NCBI RefSeq assembly: GCF_030144855.1
Contig: NC_082718.1
Span: forward strand, 90,148,001 to 90,212,000
Direction of reading: 5' to 3'
Origin: Hypanus sabinus
Taxonomy: Eukaryota
DNA: 64,000 nt
Shown: in pieces, positions 25,787 through 37,036 of the stretch
How positions within the stretch are numbered: the first letter of the stretch is position 1
How the letters are laid out: the number at the start of each line of letters is the position of its first letter
The notes under the pieces: model-generated
The model's input: only the letters and a program-made list of their open reading frames with translations
Databases searched by the model: none
What the model was told of the DNA's origin: nothing
Program-made: the position numbers and the translations under genes

Positions 25787-28700
25787 TGTTATGTTTCTTA
25801 ACTATAAAACATAAAACTAATCAAAAGAAAAACACAGGGAGACCAGGAGCATGATTCATTATTACTTTAAGTGAGGTGCCCACTTCTGACGTGGTGGCAT
25901 CATGACGTAAGCCATTCACATACTTTTACACATAACCCACAATTAATTATTTAAACAAATAAAAAAAAAGTTAAATCTGACAATATTTACAATATTACTC
26001 AAATATTAAATATATGATACTGCTCCCTACTTAGTTATACACTCCAACTCAATATAGAATTCTTCTCAACTATCCACAGCATAGCAAATTTGAAATTGCT
26101 ACATTCAGGCCTAACAAGTTCATCGCGGTGGAGGATTTCTTACTCTTGTGGGATAATGTCTCTCCTGACAAGGGAGGTTGCTTGGCTTGGCAGGAGAGAC
26201 GTGGCTGTGAAACAATCTCAAGTTCTGGACCCTCATCCATGGTTGGCTGTAGGAGTTGGCTCTGGGGCTACAGAAGTGGTTCTGACAGTTCTAAATATTT
26301 TCTCTGGACTTGTTGGCATCCCAAGCAGTGCATGGCAAACTGCTCAATCAGCTGATCTATCCTAGGCCACCAAAGCTTTCATGTTGACCACACCTAAATG
26401 ACTAGCATGTAGCTCCTTCAACACCTTAGCTCTTAACTTGGATGGTACAAAAACTTTCCACATAGGGCAACTCACGACAAGAGCAAGTTCATCCTGACAC
26501 TGGTAAAAGTGGGGGAATTGGAATTTCTGCTGCATATTCTAGCCATTTTGGGTGGCCATGCAGATCTGAGACAGTGCAGAGTCTTTACTGGTTTCCCTTT
26601 GGATCATCCCTGCCAAGGTAGAGAGATTTTTGATTTGTGTTAGGGAGAATACGTCAAGAGGAGTGTCTGTTTTTAAAAAATATTCATGTATTTCCAAGGG
26701 TAAACAGGACAATCCATCAGCATTTCCATGATTGGTTGTCCTCTTGAATTCTATCTTGTAACTTGTGTCCTCCAAGAAACAGAGCCCATCCCTGCACATG
26801 TGCTGTTGCTGTTAGTGGGACACCCTTCTTTGGATCAAGAATGGACACTACTGGTTGATTATCAGTAATGAGTGTAAATTCTCTCTCATACAAGTACTGG
26901 TTGAAATGTTTTAACACCCCACACCAGACTCGAGGCCTCTGTCAGTCTGTGGATATTTTTTCTCTGCTGTAGTAAGGGAATGTAATGCAACGTTCAATTC
27001 CATCACTCATAACGTGCCATGACTACACCTATACCATAAGGCATCACAGACAAGCTTCACTGGACGATGTGGATCATAATGTGTGAATACAGAGTCTGAT
27101 GCCACCATTTCCTTTGCCTTTTGGAAAGTCACCTCACACTGCTTTGTCCAATGTCATTTATTCCCCATCTGTAGTAATCCATTCAAGAGGTGGAGCACAG
27201 TAGCCAGGTTTGGCAGGAACCTGTTATAGTAATTGACAATTCCTAAAAAGCACCACAACAGTGACATGTCCTTTGGCCTTGTGGCATCCACCACTGCTTG
27301 AATTTTCTCAGCACACTTCTGTAATCCTTGTGTGACCACAATAAGTAATGCTTGGTTTAAAGAATTCACATTTATTGCATCATGCTCTGAGCCCCTAATC
27401 TTCTAATTTTTTAAAAACACCGTCCTGAGGTTTTGGAGATGTTCCTTGTCATCTTCACCAATAACAATAATGTCATCTACAGTTGAAGTCAGAAATTTAC
27501 ATACACCTTAGCCAAATATATTTAAACTCAGTTTTTCACAATTCCTGACATTTAATCCTAGAAAACATCCCCTGTCTTAGGTCAGTTAGGATCACTACTT
27601 AAATATCAGTACAATAGTAGAGAGAATTATTTATTTCAGCTTTTATTTCTTTCATCACTTACCCAGTGGGTCAGAAGTTTACATACACTTTGTTAGTATT
27701 TGGTAGCATTGGCTTTGAATCGTTTAACTTGGGTCAAATGTTTTGGGTAGCCTTCCAGAAGCTTCTCACAGTAAGTTGCTGTAATGTTGTTCCATTCCTC
27801 CAGTCAGGTGTGTAGGCCTCCTTGCTCACACACACTTTTTCAGTTCTGCCCACAAATTTTCTATCAGATTGAGGTCAGGGCTTCGTGATTGCCACTCCAA
27901 TACCTTGACTTTGTTGTCCTTAAGCAATTTTGCCACAACTTTGGAGGTATGCTTGGGGTCATTGTTCATTTGGAAGACCCATTTGTGACCCAGCTTTAAC
28001 TTCCTGGCTGATGTCTTGAGATGTTGCTTCAATATATCCACATAATTTTCCTTCCTCATGATGTCATCTATTTTGTGAAGTGCACCCGTCTTTCTGCGGC
28101 AAAGCACCCCCACAACATGATGCTGCCGCCCCTACGCTTCATGGTTGGGATTGTGTTCTTCAGCTTGCAAGCCTCACCCTCCAAACATAACAATGGTCAT
28201 TATGGCCAAACAGTTCAATTTTCGTTTCATCAGACCAGAGGACATTTCTCCAAAAAGTAAGATCTTTGTCCCCATGTGCACTTGCAAACTTTAGTCTGGG
28301 TTTTTTAATGACAGTTTTGGAGTAGTGGCTTCTTCCTTGCTGAGCAGCCTTTCAGATTATGTCAATATAGAACTCGTTTTACTGTGGATATAGATACTTG
28401 TCTACCTGTTTCCTCCAGCATCTTCACAAGGTCCTTTGCTGTTGTTCTGGGATTATTTGTACGTTCATCTCTAGGAGACAGAATGCATCTCCTTCCTGAG
28501 CGGTATGACGGCTGCGTGGTTCCATGGCGTTTATACTTGCGTATTTGTACAGATGAACATGCTACCTTCAAGGGTTTGGAAATTGCTCCCAAGGATGAAC
28601 CAGACTTGATATCATTTTCTGACCTCAATCCAATAGAAAATTTGTGGGCAGAACTGAAAAAGCATGTGCGAGCAAGGAGGCCTACAAACCTGACTCAGTT

Positions 28701-28849
28701 ACACCAGTTCTGTCTGGAGGAATGGAACAAAATTCCATTCATGTACTTTTACATATTACCTGTAATAAATTATTTATATAAACAAATTCTTAATCAACCA
28801 ATATTTATAATATTACTCAAATATTACTAGGAATATTAAATACACAACA
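25787..28849 (-). mobile_element. Degenerate Gypsy (Ty3) LTR retrotransposon, internally deleted
   Basis: TG...CA ends, 5-bp TSD GGTCT; LTR ~25787-26019 and LTR remnant ~28734-28849; pol peptides FLGIVNYYNRFLPNL, FTLITD, HGNADGLS. Confidence 0.85.
27480..28738 (-). mobile_element. Sleeping Beauty-like Tc1 transposon (IR/DR type), rearranged, nested in the Gypsy element
   Basis: TA + CAGTTGAAGTCAGAAATTTACATACAC outer DR; inner DR CCCAGTGGGTCAGAAGTTTACATACAC; transposase peptides ENYVDILKQHLKTS, DPKHTSK, SPDLNxIENLW. Confidence 0.92.
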
Positions 28850-28966
28850 GGTCTTTTCACCAAGAGTTTGATTTATAGATATTATAGTTTCCATGGAAGT
28901 TTGCATTAGTTTACCCAATGAAAATTACTTTACATTTAAAAAGAAACATCTTCTATGGGCTTTTAA

Positions 28967-29190
28967 ACACAAGAAATTCTGCAGATGCTGAAATCTTGAT
29001 CAACACACATAAGTTGCTGTAGGAACTTATCAAGTAAGGCAGTATCTATGGAATTGAATCAACAGTTGACATTTCCTGCTGACACCATTCATCAGGACTG
29101 GAACGGAAGAGGAGTCAAAATGTTGACTGTTTATTCCCCTCCATAGATGCTGCCTGACTTGCTGAGTTCCTCCAGAACTTTATGTGTGCT
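28967..29190. mobile_element. Short palindromic Penelope-derived element
   Basis: Same family as 4915-5135, inverted arms. Confidence 0.6.
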
Positions 29191-29288
29191 TCTATAGGCT
29201 TATACACGGTATTTCACTGAATAAATGCCAGGATTGTATATCCATTGACGTGCGTTAAAGAAAAATCAAATGATTTCACCAGACCTAC

Positions 29289-29429
29289 CGCATAATACAG
29301 CCAGAGTTTAAGTTGTATCCAAAAAGTACTGGCGTCCGGAACCCTACCATCTGTAGACAATCTTGGTTGGCTGAACTCTTCATGACTGTCAGCTGCCCAA
29401 ATCTGTTTTTGCTTTGAATTATACCAACA
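29289..29429 (-). CDS. TCTN1: Tectonic-1 exon 11 ([14 protein letters not shown]...[14 protein letters not shown])
   Basis: 141 nt, AC acceptor, RTPVLFGY motif. Confidence 0.95.
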
Positions 29430-31020
29430 GTGGAAAGACTCAGTTAAGCAAAAACATTTGAATAAAGCAAGGAAAAATGGGATTTCTGGAAAAATACTAA
29501 AACGAATCCTTCTTAATTAAAATTGTAGGATGCCAAACACTGCAGCTTTGGAAAGTTTAATTAAGTCCTGATATATTAGTTTGTAAACCATGCTTGGTTT
29601 GAGAATACCTACATGTTTAATTTGTAGATTTTGCTGTGGCCTTCTGGGCAAGATGACATGGATCTGCTTACTTCCCAAAGTTAAATATAAAATTGAATTA
29701 ATTTAAAATGAAGACAAAAAAACAAGATAAACCAGCCTGTTTGAATGGAAATAAAAAATGGAGTAATCATGACTTGATGTTGTCAAAACTTTCAAACGTA
29801 TTTCCACACATTATTGAATGGAGTATTCCTGTTTGAGGAACAAATATAGATGTCAGATTGTTTAGCAACTTAGTGTAGAAGGAGATGAATTACTTTTGCA
29901 TTATGCAAGTGGCTGAAAGCAATGCAGTTTTATAGAATGACACTGAAAAAATTGACTAAAGAAAGCATCACCAAATCAAAATTCCAAAACTGATAGAATT
30001 GAAATATAAACAAAAATATTAAAATACTCAGCAGCATTAGTGCAGAATTACTGAGACAAGCAAATAAATAAAATCTAGATGAAGAGGAGCTGTAATTAGC
30101 AAAAGCAGAATTGTTACCAACAAAAAAGAGACATTGTAATGATGTCCAATTGTTGAACTTAAAGCTACAATTTGCACACCTGAAATAGAAGGTATTCTTT
30201 CCCAAGATTCTGTTGAGCATTATTACAACAGTGTAGGGGACCAAGAAGAGAGATCAGATTGGGAGTAGGCTGGAGAATTAAAATGAGTGACTATTAACTG
30301 AGGATCACGTTTGCAAACTCATCAAAAGTTCAACATTTGTGGCAAGAGACTGCATCATAATAAGTGAGTGCTAGATACTAAATTGAACAATTTACAATAA
30401 AATCACGATCATCTGGAAGAAACACTGAGGTCTGATAGGAAAGGAAGAACTTAAAAAGCCAGGAGCTGCTTTTCAGTCTTCAAAGGAGAAAAACTCAAGT
30501 TGAATTATTCAACCTCCAAGAGGCCACAACCTTGTTGAAGGGTTTGGAGACTTGCATGTCTCAATAACACAGAGAGCTACGTTGGCTGGTGTAAGGGCTT
30601 TATGCTTTGGTTTTTGGTAGGGTCACTTATACCAAACAGGTCAAAGGGTAGACGCTAGATGAAGAGTGGTCCATCGATGCTCTAGGTTTAAGGGTTCTGC
30701 TCAGGGCTAACAATCCTGACTGGTCAAACAAACTTGTTACAGAAATAGCAATGAAGATTCTCTCTACATCTGAACGTGATGGTATTTCGGAGCCTCCACC
30801 CGGCACTTGCATGATTAACAGTAGTGAAAAACAAGAGGAAGCTACTGACACCATGAACAAAGTCCTGAACACCACCAGAGATGGAGGACCTTCATTGCTG
30901 CCCTAAACACCAGTGGCACAACAGGCAGTAAATAATTGATAAGATCATGTTCAACTGAGCCTTCGTTGTGTATACAGTATTTAGTTTATACTGTAAAAGA
31001 TAACTTGCATGAAAGGATAT
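29430..31020 (-). other. U12-type (minor spliceosome) AT-AC intron, TCTN1 intron 10
   Basis: 5' ATATCCTTTC; branch site TTGCTTAAC (29451-29443); 3' TTTCCAC; splicing here restores the reading frame. Confidence 0.93.
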
Positions 31021-31106
31021 GTGGCATTTGGTCCAAATCCAGCCACTAGAGGGAGTCCAACAATGTAGCCAGGATTTCCACTGACGGGAACTCCCACTGT
31101 GTTTTC
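31021..31106 (-). CDS. TCTN1: Tectonic-1 exon 10 ([16 protein letters not shown])
   Basis: Tectonic SGNPGY motif; ends at a U12 donor |ATATCCTTT. Confidence 0.96.
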
Positions 31107-33162
31107 CTACAATTTAAAAGGACATTTATGAGTAAACAAAAAAAAAATCCTTAAAAAGCATCCTTAAACGTGACAACTTCAAAAATTACAATAAATACAC
31201 TGAGCTGGATGTTGGTCTGTTAAAAGGATTAACGCTGTTCTTTAGAGTAAAATACATACAAGTTTAATAATGTCAGTCAATTAACAATTTCTTTCAGTAG
31301 GCTTTAAATGGCACAAATATATTGAGGGATTTCCTAGTGAAGGTCATCCAAGGCTTTTAAACTTTAAAATTCAGGGGCATAACATAATGGGTCTGAGCTC
31401 CATACAGGATTTGAATACAGTTATAAGGAAAGCACTAATGAAGTTGTTGTACTTTAGTTTGATATTAATGATGGCAACCCCACAACGGTAAAGTGAGGGC
31501 TTCACCATTGTACCAGTGAAGTAATATCATGAAAAAAATGTATTAATCATCTCCTTACTGCTTGAAGAATTCTGTTTCTTCACCTTGCTACGTTTTCCTA
31601 CATAATAATAACTCATCACATGTGAATTACTTTGGGACCATTGAAAGCAGATAAAATGTGATGCAAGCGCAAAAGCAAGTTTTCCTTATTAACTTTTTTT
31701 CTATACATCAGGAATAAAATATAATGTTTTTGCAACTTGCCTATTTATTAAAAAGATCCAAGAACACGTCTGTGTGGTTAGACTTTGAACGTGGGTACAG
31801 AATGACCTTTCATAATCTTAGAAGAAGATCATCTTCAGAGAATCCTTTATTTATTTCTCATTCTGTTTTACAACTTAAGTTATAAACACTCAATATGTCA
31901 GGTAACATCTGAGGAAAAACAAAGCATTGAAAATGCAGGGGTTAGGGGAAATTGAGAATTGTAGTGAAATCTCGTTGAGGGCTGAAGAAATTGCAAAGAA
32001 TGATCCTTTGAATGTGGAGGCTGGTGGGATGGAAAGTAAGGACCAAAGGATGTCTATTCTTTCTCTATCAGGAAGTGCAGAAAAAGTGAAGTCAACTATG
32101 GTGTAGGAGTCCAAAGTTCAGGAAAGAGAATATCTCAGACCCATGTACAAGTGCTCAATATCACAGTTGATATGATGGGTTTAGAGGACTGGATATAGAA
32201 TTCAACTATTTATGATAACGCACTCTATCCATTTGCACAAATAAATAAGAAAACCTATTATCCAAGTGGGATCCAGGTGCACAATTCGCAAGAGGCTAAC
32301 AAATAGATACAGCAAATAATTCAGGAAACTAACAGTAAGTTACTGCTTACAGTGGTAATACAGAAGGACCATTCTACTTCAGTTATCCAGGAGATTCATA
32401 TGTACTGTATTGGTTGCCTTATTGTGAAAGGTGTGAGTGTTTTGGAAACAGTCTGAAGAACATTTGCTGGCTGGAATGATCACATTGACTCATCAGGGAA
32501 GATTGGACAGGCTAGACGTAGCTACTAGACTTTAGAAGAATCAAAGAGAATGATATGAACATAGAAGATGCTAAGAAGTCTTGGCAGGATGGTTGTGGAG
32601 AGGATATTTGATTTAGAGATGTACAGCACAGAAACAGACCCCTTGGCCCAACTTGTATGTGCCACCAAGGTTCCTTCATGAGCTAGCCCTATTTGCCTGC
32701 AAATGGCCCATATCTCTCTAAACCTTTCCTATTCATGCATGTGCCCAAATACCTTTGAAATCCATGAGGTCAGTGGAAAATGCTACAGCTTTGGTGCTCA
32801 ATATGAGTCTGGGCCAAGCAAAATCATATTTCTGTAACAGAATGTAAGATGTCTAATCACCCCATCAATGCCCACCAGAAAGGTGCAAGAGAAATCCAGT
32901 TAGTCTCATTTCCTAATGCTTTCCCTATGGTCCTACAATTATTTTTCTTTCAAATATCTACCCGCTTTCCTCTTCAAAGCAACAAATTAGTCTCCTTACA
33001 CCACTCCCTTAGGTAGTGAATTCCTGACTATGACTTTTTTTGTCACATCACTTTGGTCTTAAAACAGTTTTTGCTCATAATATTTCCCCAAGTTAAACAA
33101 TAAGCCTGACCTTAGAAATCTGAAGAATTTAAGGAAGGAAGAAAATAGAAAAAAAATTATAA

Positions 33163-34490
33163 ACCATATAACAATTACAGCACGGAAACAGGCCATCTCA
33201 GCCCTTCTAGTCCATGCCAAACGCATACTCTCACCTAGTCCCACTGGCCCGCACTCAGCCCATAACCCTCCATTCCTTTCCTGTCCATATACCTATCCCA
33301 TTTCTTTTTAAATGATAATATCGAACCTGCTTCTACCACTTGAACTGGAAGCTCGTTCCACACAGCTATCACTCTCTGAGTAAAGAAGTTTTCCGTCGTG
33401 TTACCCCTAAACTTTTGCCCCCTAACTTTCAACTCATGTCCTCTTGTTTGAATCTACCCTACTCTCAATGGAAAAAGCCTATCCACATCAACTCCATCTA
33501 TCCCCCTCATAATTTTAAATACTGCTATCAAGTCCCCCCTCAACCTTCTACACTTCAAAGAATAGAGATCTAACTTGTTCAACTTTTCTCTGTACTTAGT
33601 AACTTAGGTGCTGAAACCCAGGTAACATTCTATTAAGTCTCCTCTGTACGCTCTCTATTTTGTTGACATCTTTCTTATAAATCAGTGACCAGAACTGGAC
33701 ACAATACTCCAAATTCGGCCTTGCCAATGCCTTGTACAATTTTAACATTACATCCCAACTCCTATACTCAATGCTCTGATTTATAAAGGTCAGCATACCA
33801 AAAGCTTTCTTCACCACCCTATCCACATGAGATTCCAGCTTCAGGGAACTATGTACCATTATTCCTAGATCACTCTGTTCTACTGCATTCCTCAATGCCC
33901 TACCATTTACCATGTATGTCCTATTTTGATTAGTCCTACCAAAATGTAGCACCTCACAGTTATCAGCATTAAACTTTATCTGCCATCTTTCAGCCCACTC
34001 TTCGAACTGGCCTAAATCACTCTGCAAGCTTTGTAAACCTACTTCATTATCCACAACACCACTTATCTTAGTATCATCTGCATACTTACTAATCCAATTT
34101 ACCACCCCATCATCCAGATCATTAATGTATATGACAAACAACACTGGACCCAGTACAGATCCCTGAGGCACACCACTAGTCACTGGCCTCCAACCTGACA
34201 AACAGTTATCCACCACTACTCTCTGGCATCTCCCATCCAGCCACTGTTGAATCCATTTTACTACTTCAGTATTAATACCTAATGACTGAACCTTCCTAAC
34301 TAACCTTCCGTGTGGAACCTTGTCAAAGGCCTTATTGACAAAGGTCTATATAGACAATATCCACTGCTTTACCCTTGTCAACTTTCCTAGTAACCTCTTC
34401 AAAAAATTCAGTAAGATTTGTCAAACGTGACTTTCCACACACAAATCCATGTTGACTGTTCCTAATCAGACACTGCCCATCCAGATAATT
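33163..34490 (-). mobile_element. CR1 LINE 3' part with RT
   Basis: GVPQGSVLGP and YADDTK motifs, 206-aa ORF. Confidence 0.9.
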
Positions 34491-34629
34491 ATATATAATT
34501 ATATAATTATGTAGGACAAACTAAACAACATCAAATGAGATACAGTATACTGTTCAATATACAGTATTTTTGTTACAATGGTCCTGAAGTTTCAATAGCT
34601 TTGTGAAGACATACTGAAAAAATTGTAAT

Positions 34630-35140
34630 AATTGACAGGCTGTATCACTGTCTGGTATGGAGGGGCTACTGCACAGGACCAAAAGAAGCTGCAGAAGGTT
34701 GTAAATCTAGTCAGCTCCATCTTGGGCACTAGCCTACAAAGTACCCAGGACATCTTTAGGAAGTGGTGTCAGTGTCCATTATTAAAGATCTCCAGCACCC
34801 AAGGCATGTCCTTTTCTCACTGTTACCATCAGGTAGGAGATACAGAAGCCTGAAGGCACACACTCAGCAATTCAGGAACAGCTTCTTCCCCTCTGCCATC
34901 TGATTCCTAAAAGGACTTTGAAGATATGAACACTACCTCACTTTTTTTAATATACAGTATTTCTGTTTTGCACACTTTTTAATAATTTATTCAATACGTG
35001 TAATTGATTTATTTATATATTATTGTTTTATTTTATTTATTTTCTCTCACTCTGTTAGATTATGTATTGCATTGAACTGCTGCTGCTAAGTTAACAAATT
35101 TCATGTCTCATGCTGGTGATAATAAACCTGATTCTGATTC
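34630..35140 (+). mobile_element. Rex1/Babar-like LINE 3' fragment
   Basis: TGCITVWYG...KKLQKVV peptide; AATAAACCTGATTCTGATTC tail. Confidence 0.65.
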
Positions 35141-35196
35141 ATCATTGAGTCAACTCTGTTTTTTCCAAACATCAAAATAATTTTGAAGTATTGTAC

Positions 35197-35322
35197 CTGA
35201 ATGAATATAATCTGGAAGCGCTGTTGCACTGGTACCAAGTTACTGTCAATAGTTCCAAGAACAAGAGCAGCCAATGCATTTACAATGGTCCCTTTACTGT
35301 TATACACAATGATATATTTCAC
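35197..35322 (-). CDS. TCTN1: Tectonic-1 exon 9 (VKYIIVY...VPVQQRFQIIFIQ)
   Basis: 126 nt, AG/GT, VLGT and QQxF motifs. Confidence 0.94.
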
Positions 35323-35488
35323 CTACCAATAAAATAAAGAACAATGCATCACTGAAATCGTACAGAATTGCTTACCTGAAAATCCAAACATAAACAAATT
35401 ATTGCATTCTACTGTACTTTGAAGCAATGATGAGGCTAAAAATGTATGAAGCATAATAAGGCTTTTTTGAGTGATCACCATAACTTAC

Positions 35489-35617
35489 CTCTAGCACAAT
35501 ATTTCTGCATATATTAACATCCTGATTGGGTAACCAGTTATTAACAGCAAAGTCTTTCAGGCGTATTAATGTTCCATTTAAAGATTTCAAAGTTATAGAG
35601 CTAAGAAAGACTGGGAT
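35489..35617 (-). CDS. TCTN1: Tectonic-1 exon 8 (IPVFLSSITLKSLNGTL...CRNIVLE)
   Basis: 129 nt, AG/GTAAGT. Confidence 0.93.
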
Positions 35618-36562
35618 CTGGAAGAAAGCCAAAATTAATTAGTAAGTGAATATACCTAACCTTCGTATTTTACCCATTTTTAAGCATTGTAGGCTCATTA
35701 CTAAAATATTTATTTAAGCACCAAATTAAGTCCCTAAAACTAAAAATCAAAAATCAAAGCTCTTATATATGTATTTTTTAAACAACTGCGATTCATCATG
35801 TTATAAAGCATGTTAAAATTGAATGCATTTTTGATATTTATGCATGTGGTAATTGCATTTAAAAACTCTTTCCTGTTGTATGGGCTTCAGCACAATTCAT
35901 ATAAAAAAGTCATCAGAAACAATATTCAATAACACCATAAGACACAGAAGCAGAATTAGACCATTCGGCCCATTGAGTCTGCACCACGTTAACTAGAGAG
36001 TACACTTCTGCTTTCTTTAAACGAACTGTTGCAAACTGCATGCCAGGATTACTGAATAAATACTCAAGCAAAGCACAAATCTGTAATAGTGGCATCCTTT
36101 TAAACTGAAATGCTGCAATCTCAGAGTAGCAGCAAGGAATCCAAATCCTGCTGTCAAAGAATTAAAAAAATTTAAACAAATACACTTAATGGTAAATCAT
36201 CTAATTATGGTAATCTATGAAACAACTTGCCATTTGTATATTAAATGCATTGCTCATTGATTAATTTGTTTATGACAGCTGATTGATTATCCCAATCATT
36301 ATACAAAAACATTTTGAGCATTGTGTTGGACAAATGATTACCCAATATCTTAATTACATTGTAATTTCACTGCTACTTTTGGCCATCACAAGCCTATGAA
36401 ATCTGTGAGCTTAAACTGAATAAAATCAAAAGATGACAGCTATCCTTTCTGCATTATTTGTCAAAAAGTTGAAGGATATTTCAATCTGTTATATGTTTAA
36501 TTTTTTCCAGTTCTGAAATAGGTAGATACAATGTATTATACAAAAAGCCACAAGTTTTTGTA

Positions 36563-36624
36563 AAATATTATATAGGAATATTATATAGGAAATATATAGA
36601 ATATTATATAGGAAATATTATAGG
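36563..36624. repeat. Short tandem repeat (~13-bp unit AATATTATATAGG, 4-5 imperfect copies)
   Basis: Seen directly in sequence. Confidence 0.75.
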
Positions 36625-37036
36625 TAGCATGTGGATAATACAAACAATTCTACAGAACCACATACCAATGTGAAAACATTTCTCTACCCACACATACAGT
36701 ATATGATTTAGAAGAACACTCAATCAAACCTTCTTTTCTCCTTTTAACCAAAATGTCAAGACCCTAAATCAGTAATTTCAGTTTTCCTGTAACTTCGTTA
36801 TGTGGGATTAATAGTTCCTCCAAAGCAACACTAATAAGTCACAAAAATAATTAATACTTTTATCCTGTTCACTTTTATAAAACGTAAGAACACAAACCAG
36901 TAAGATCTAAAAACTATATACTTACTCCACTATTCAAATTTGCATCAGGACTCTGAAAAATATATTTCCATATATTAGTTTCTAGGTTCAAAGAATAATT
37001 TCATATTAATCACAAAATATATTTCTGTCAGAAGTT

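Noticed and set aside
36563-36624. Short repeats as a CRISPR-like array
   Set aside because: Eukaryotic AT-rich tandem repeat with no unique spacers and no cas genes
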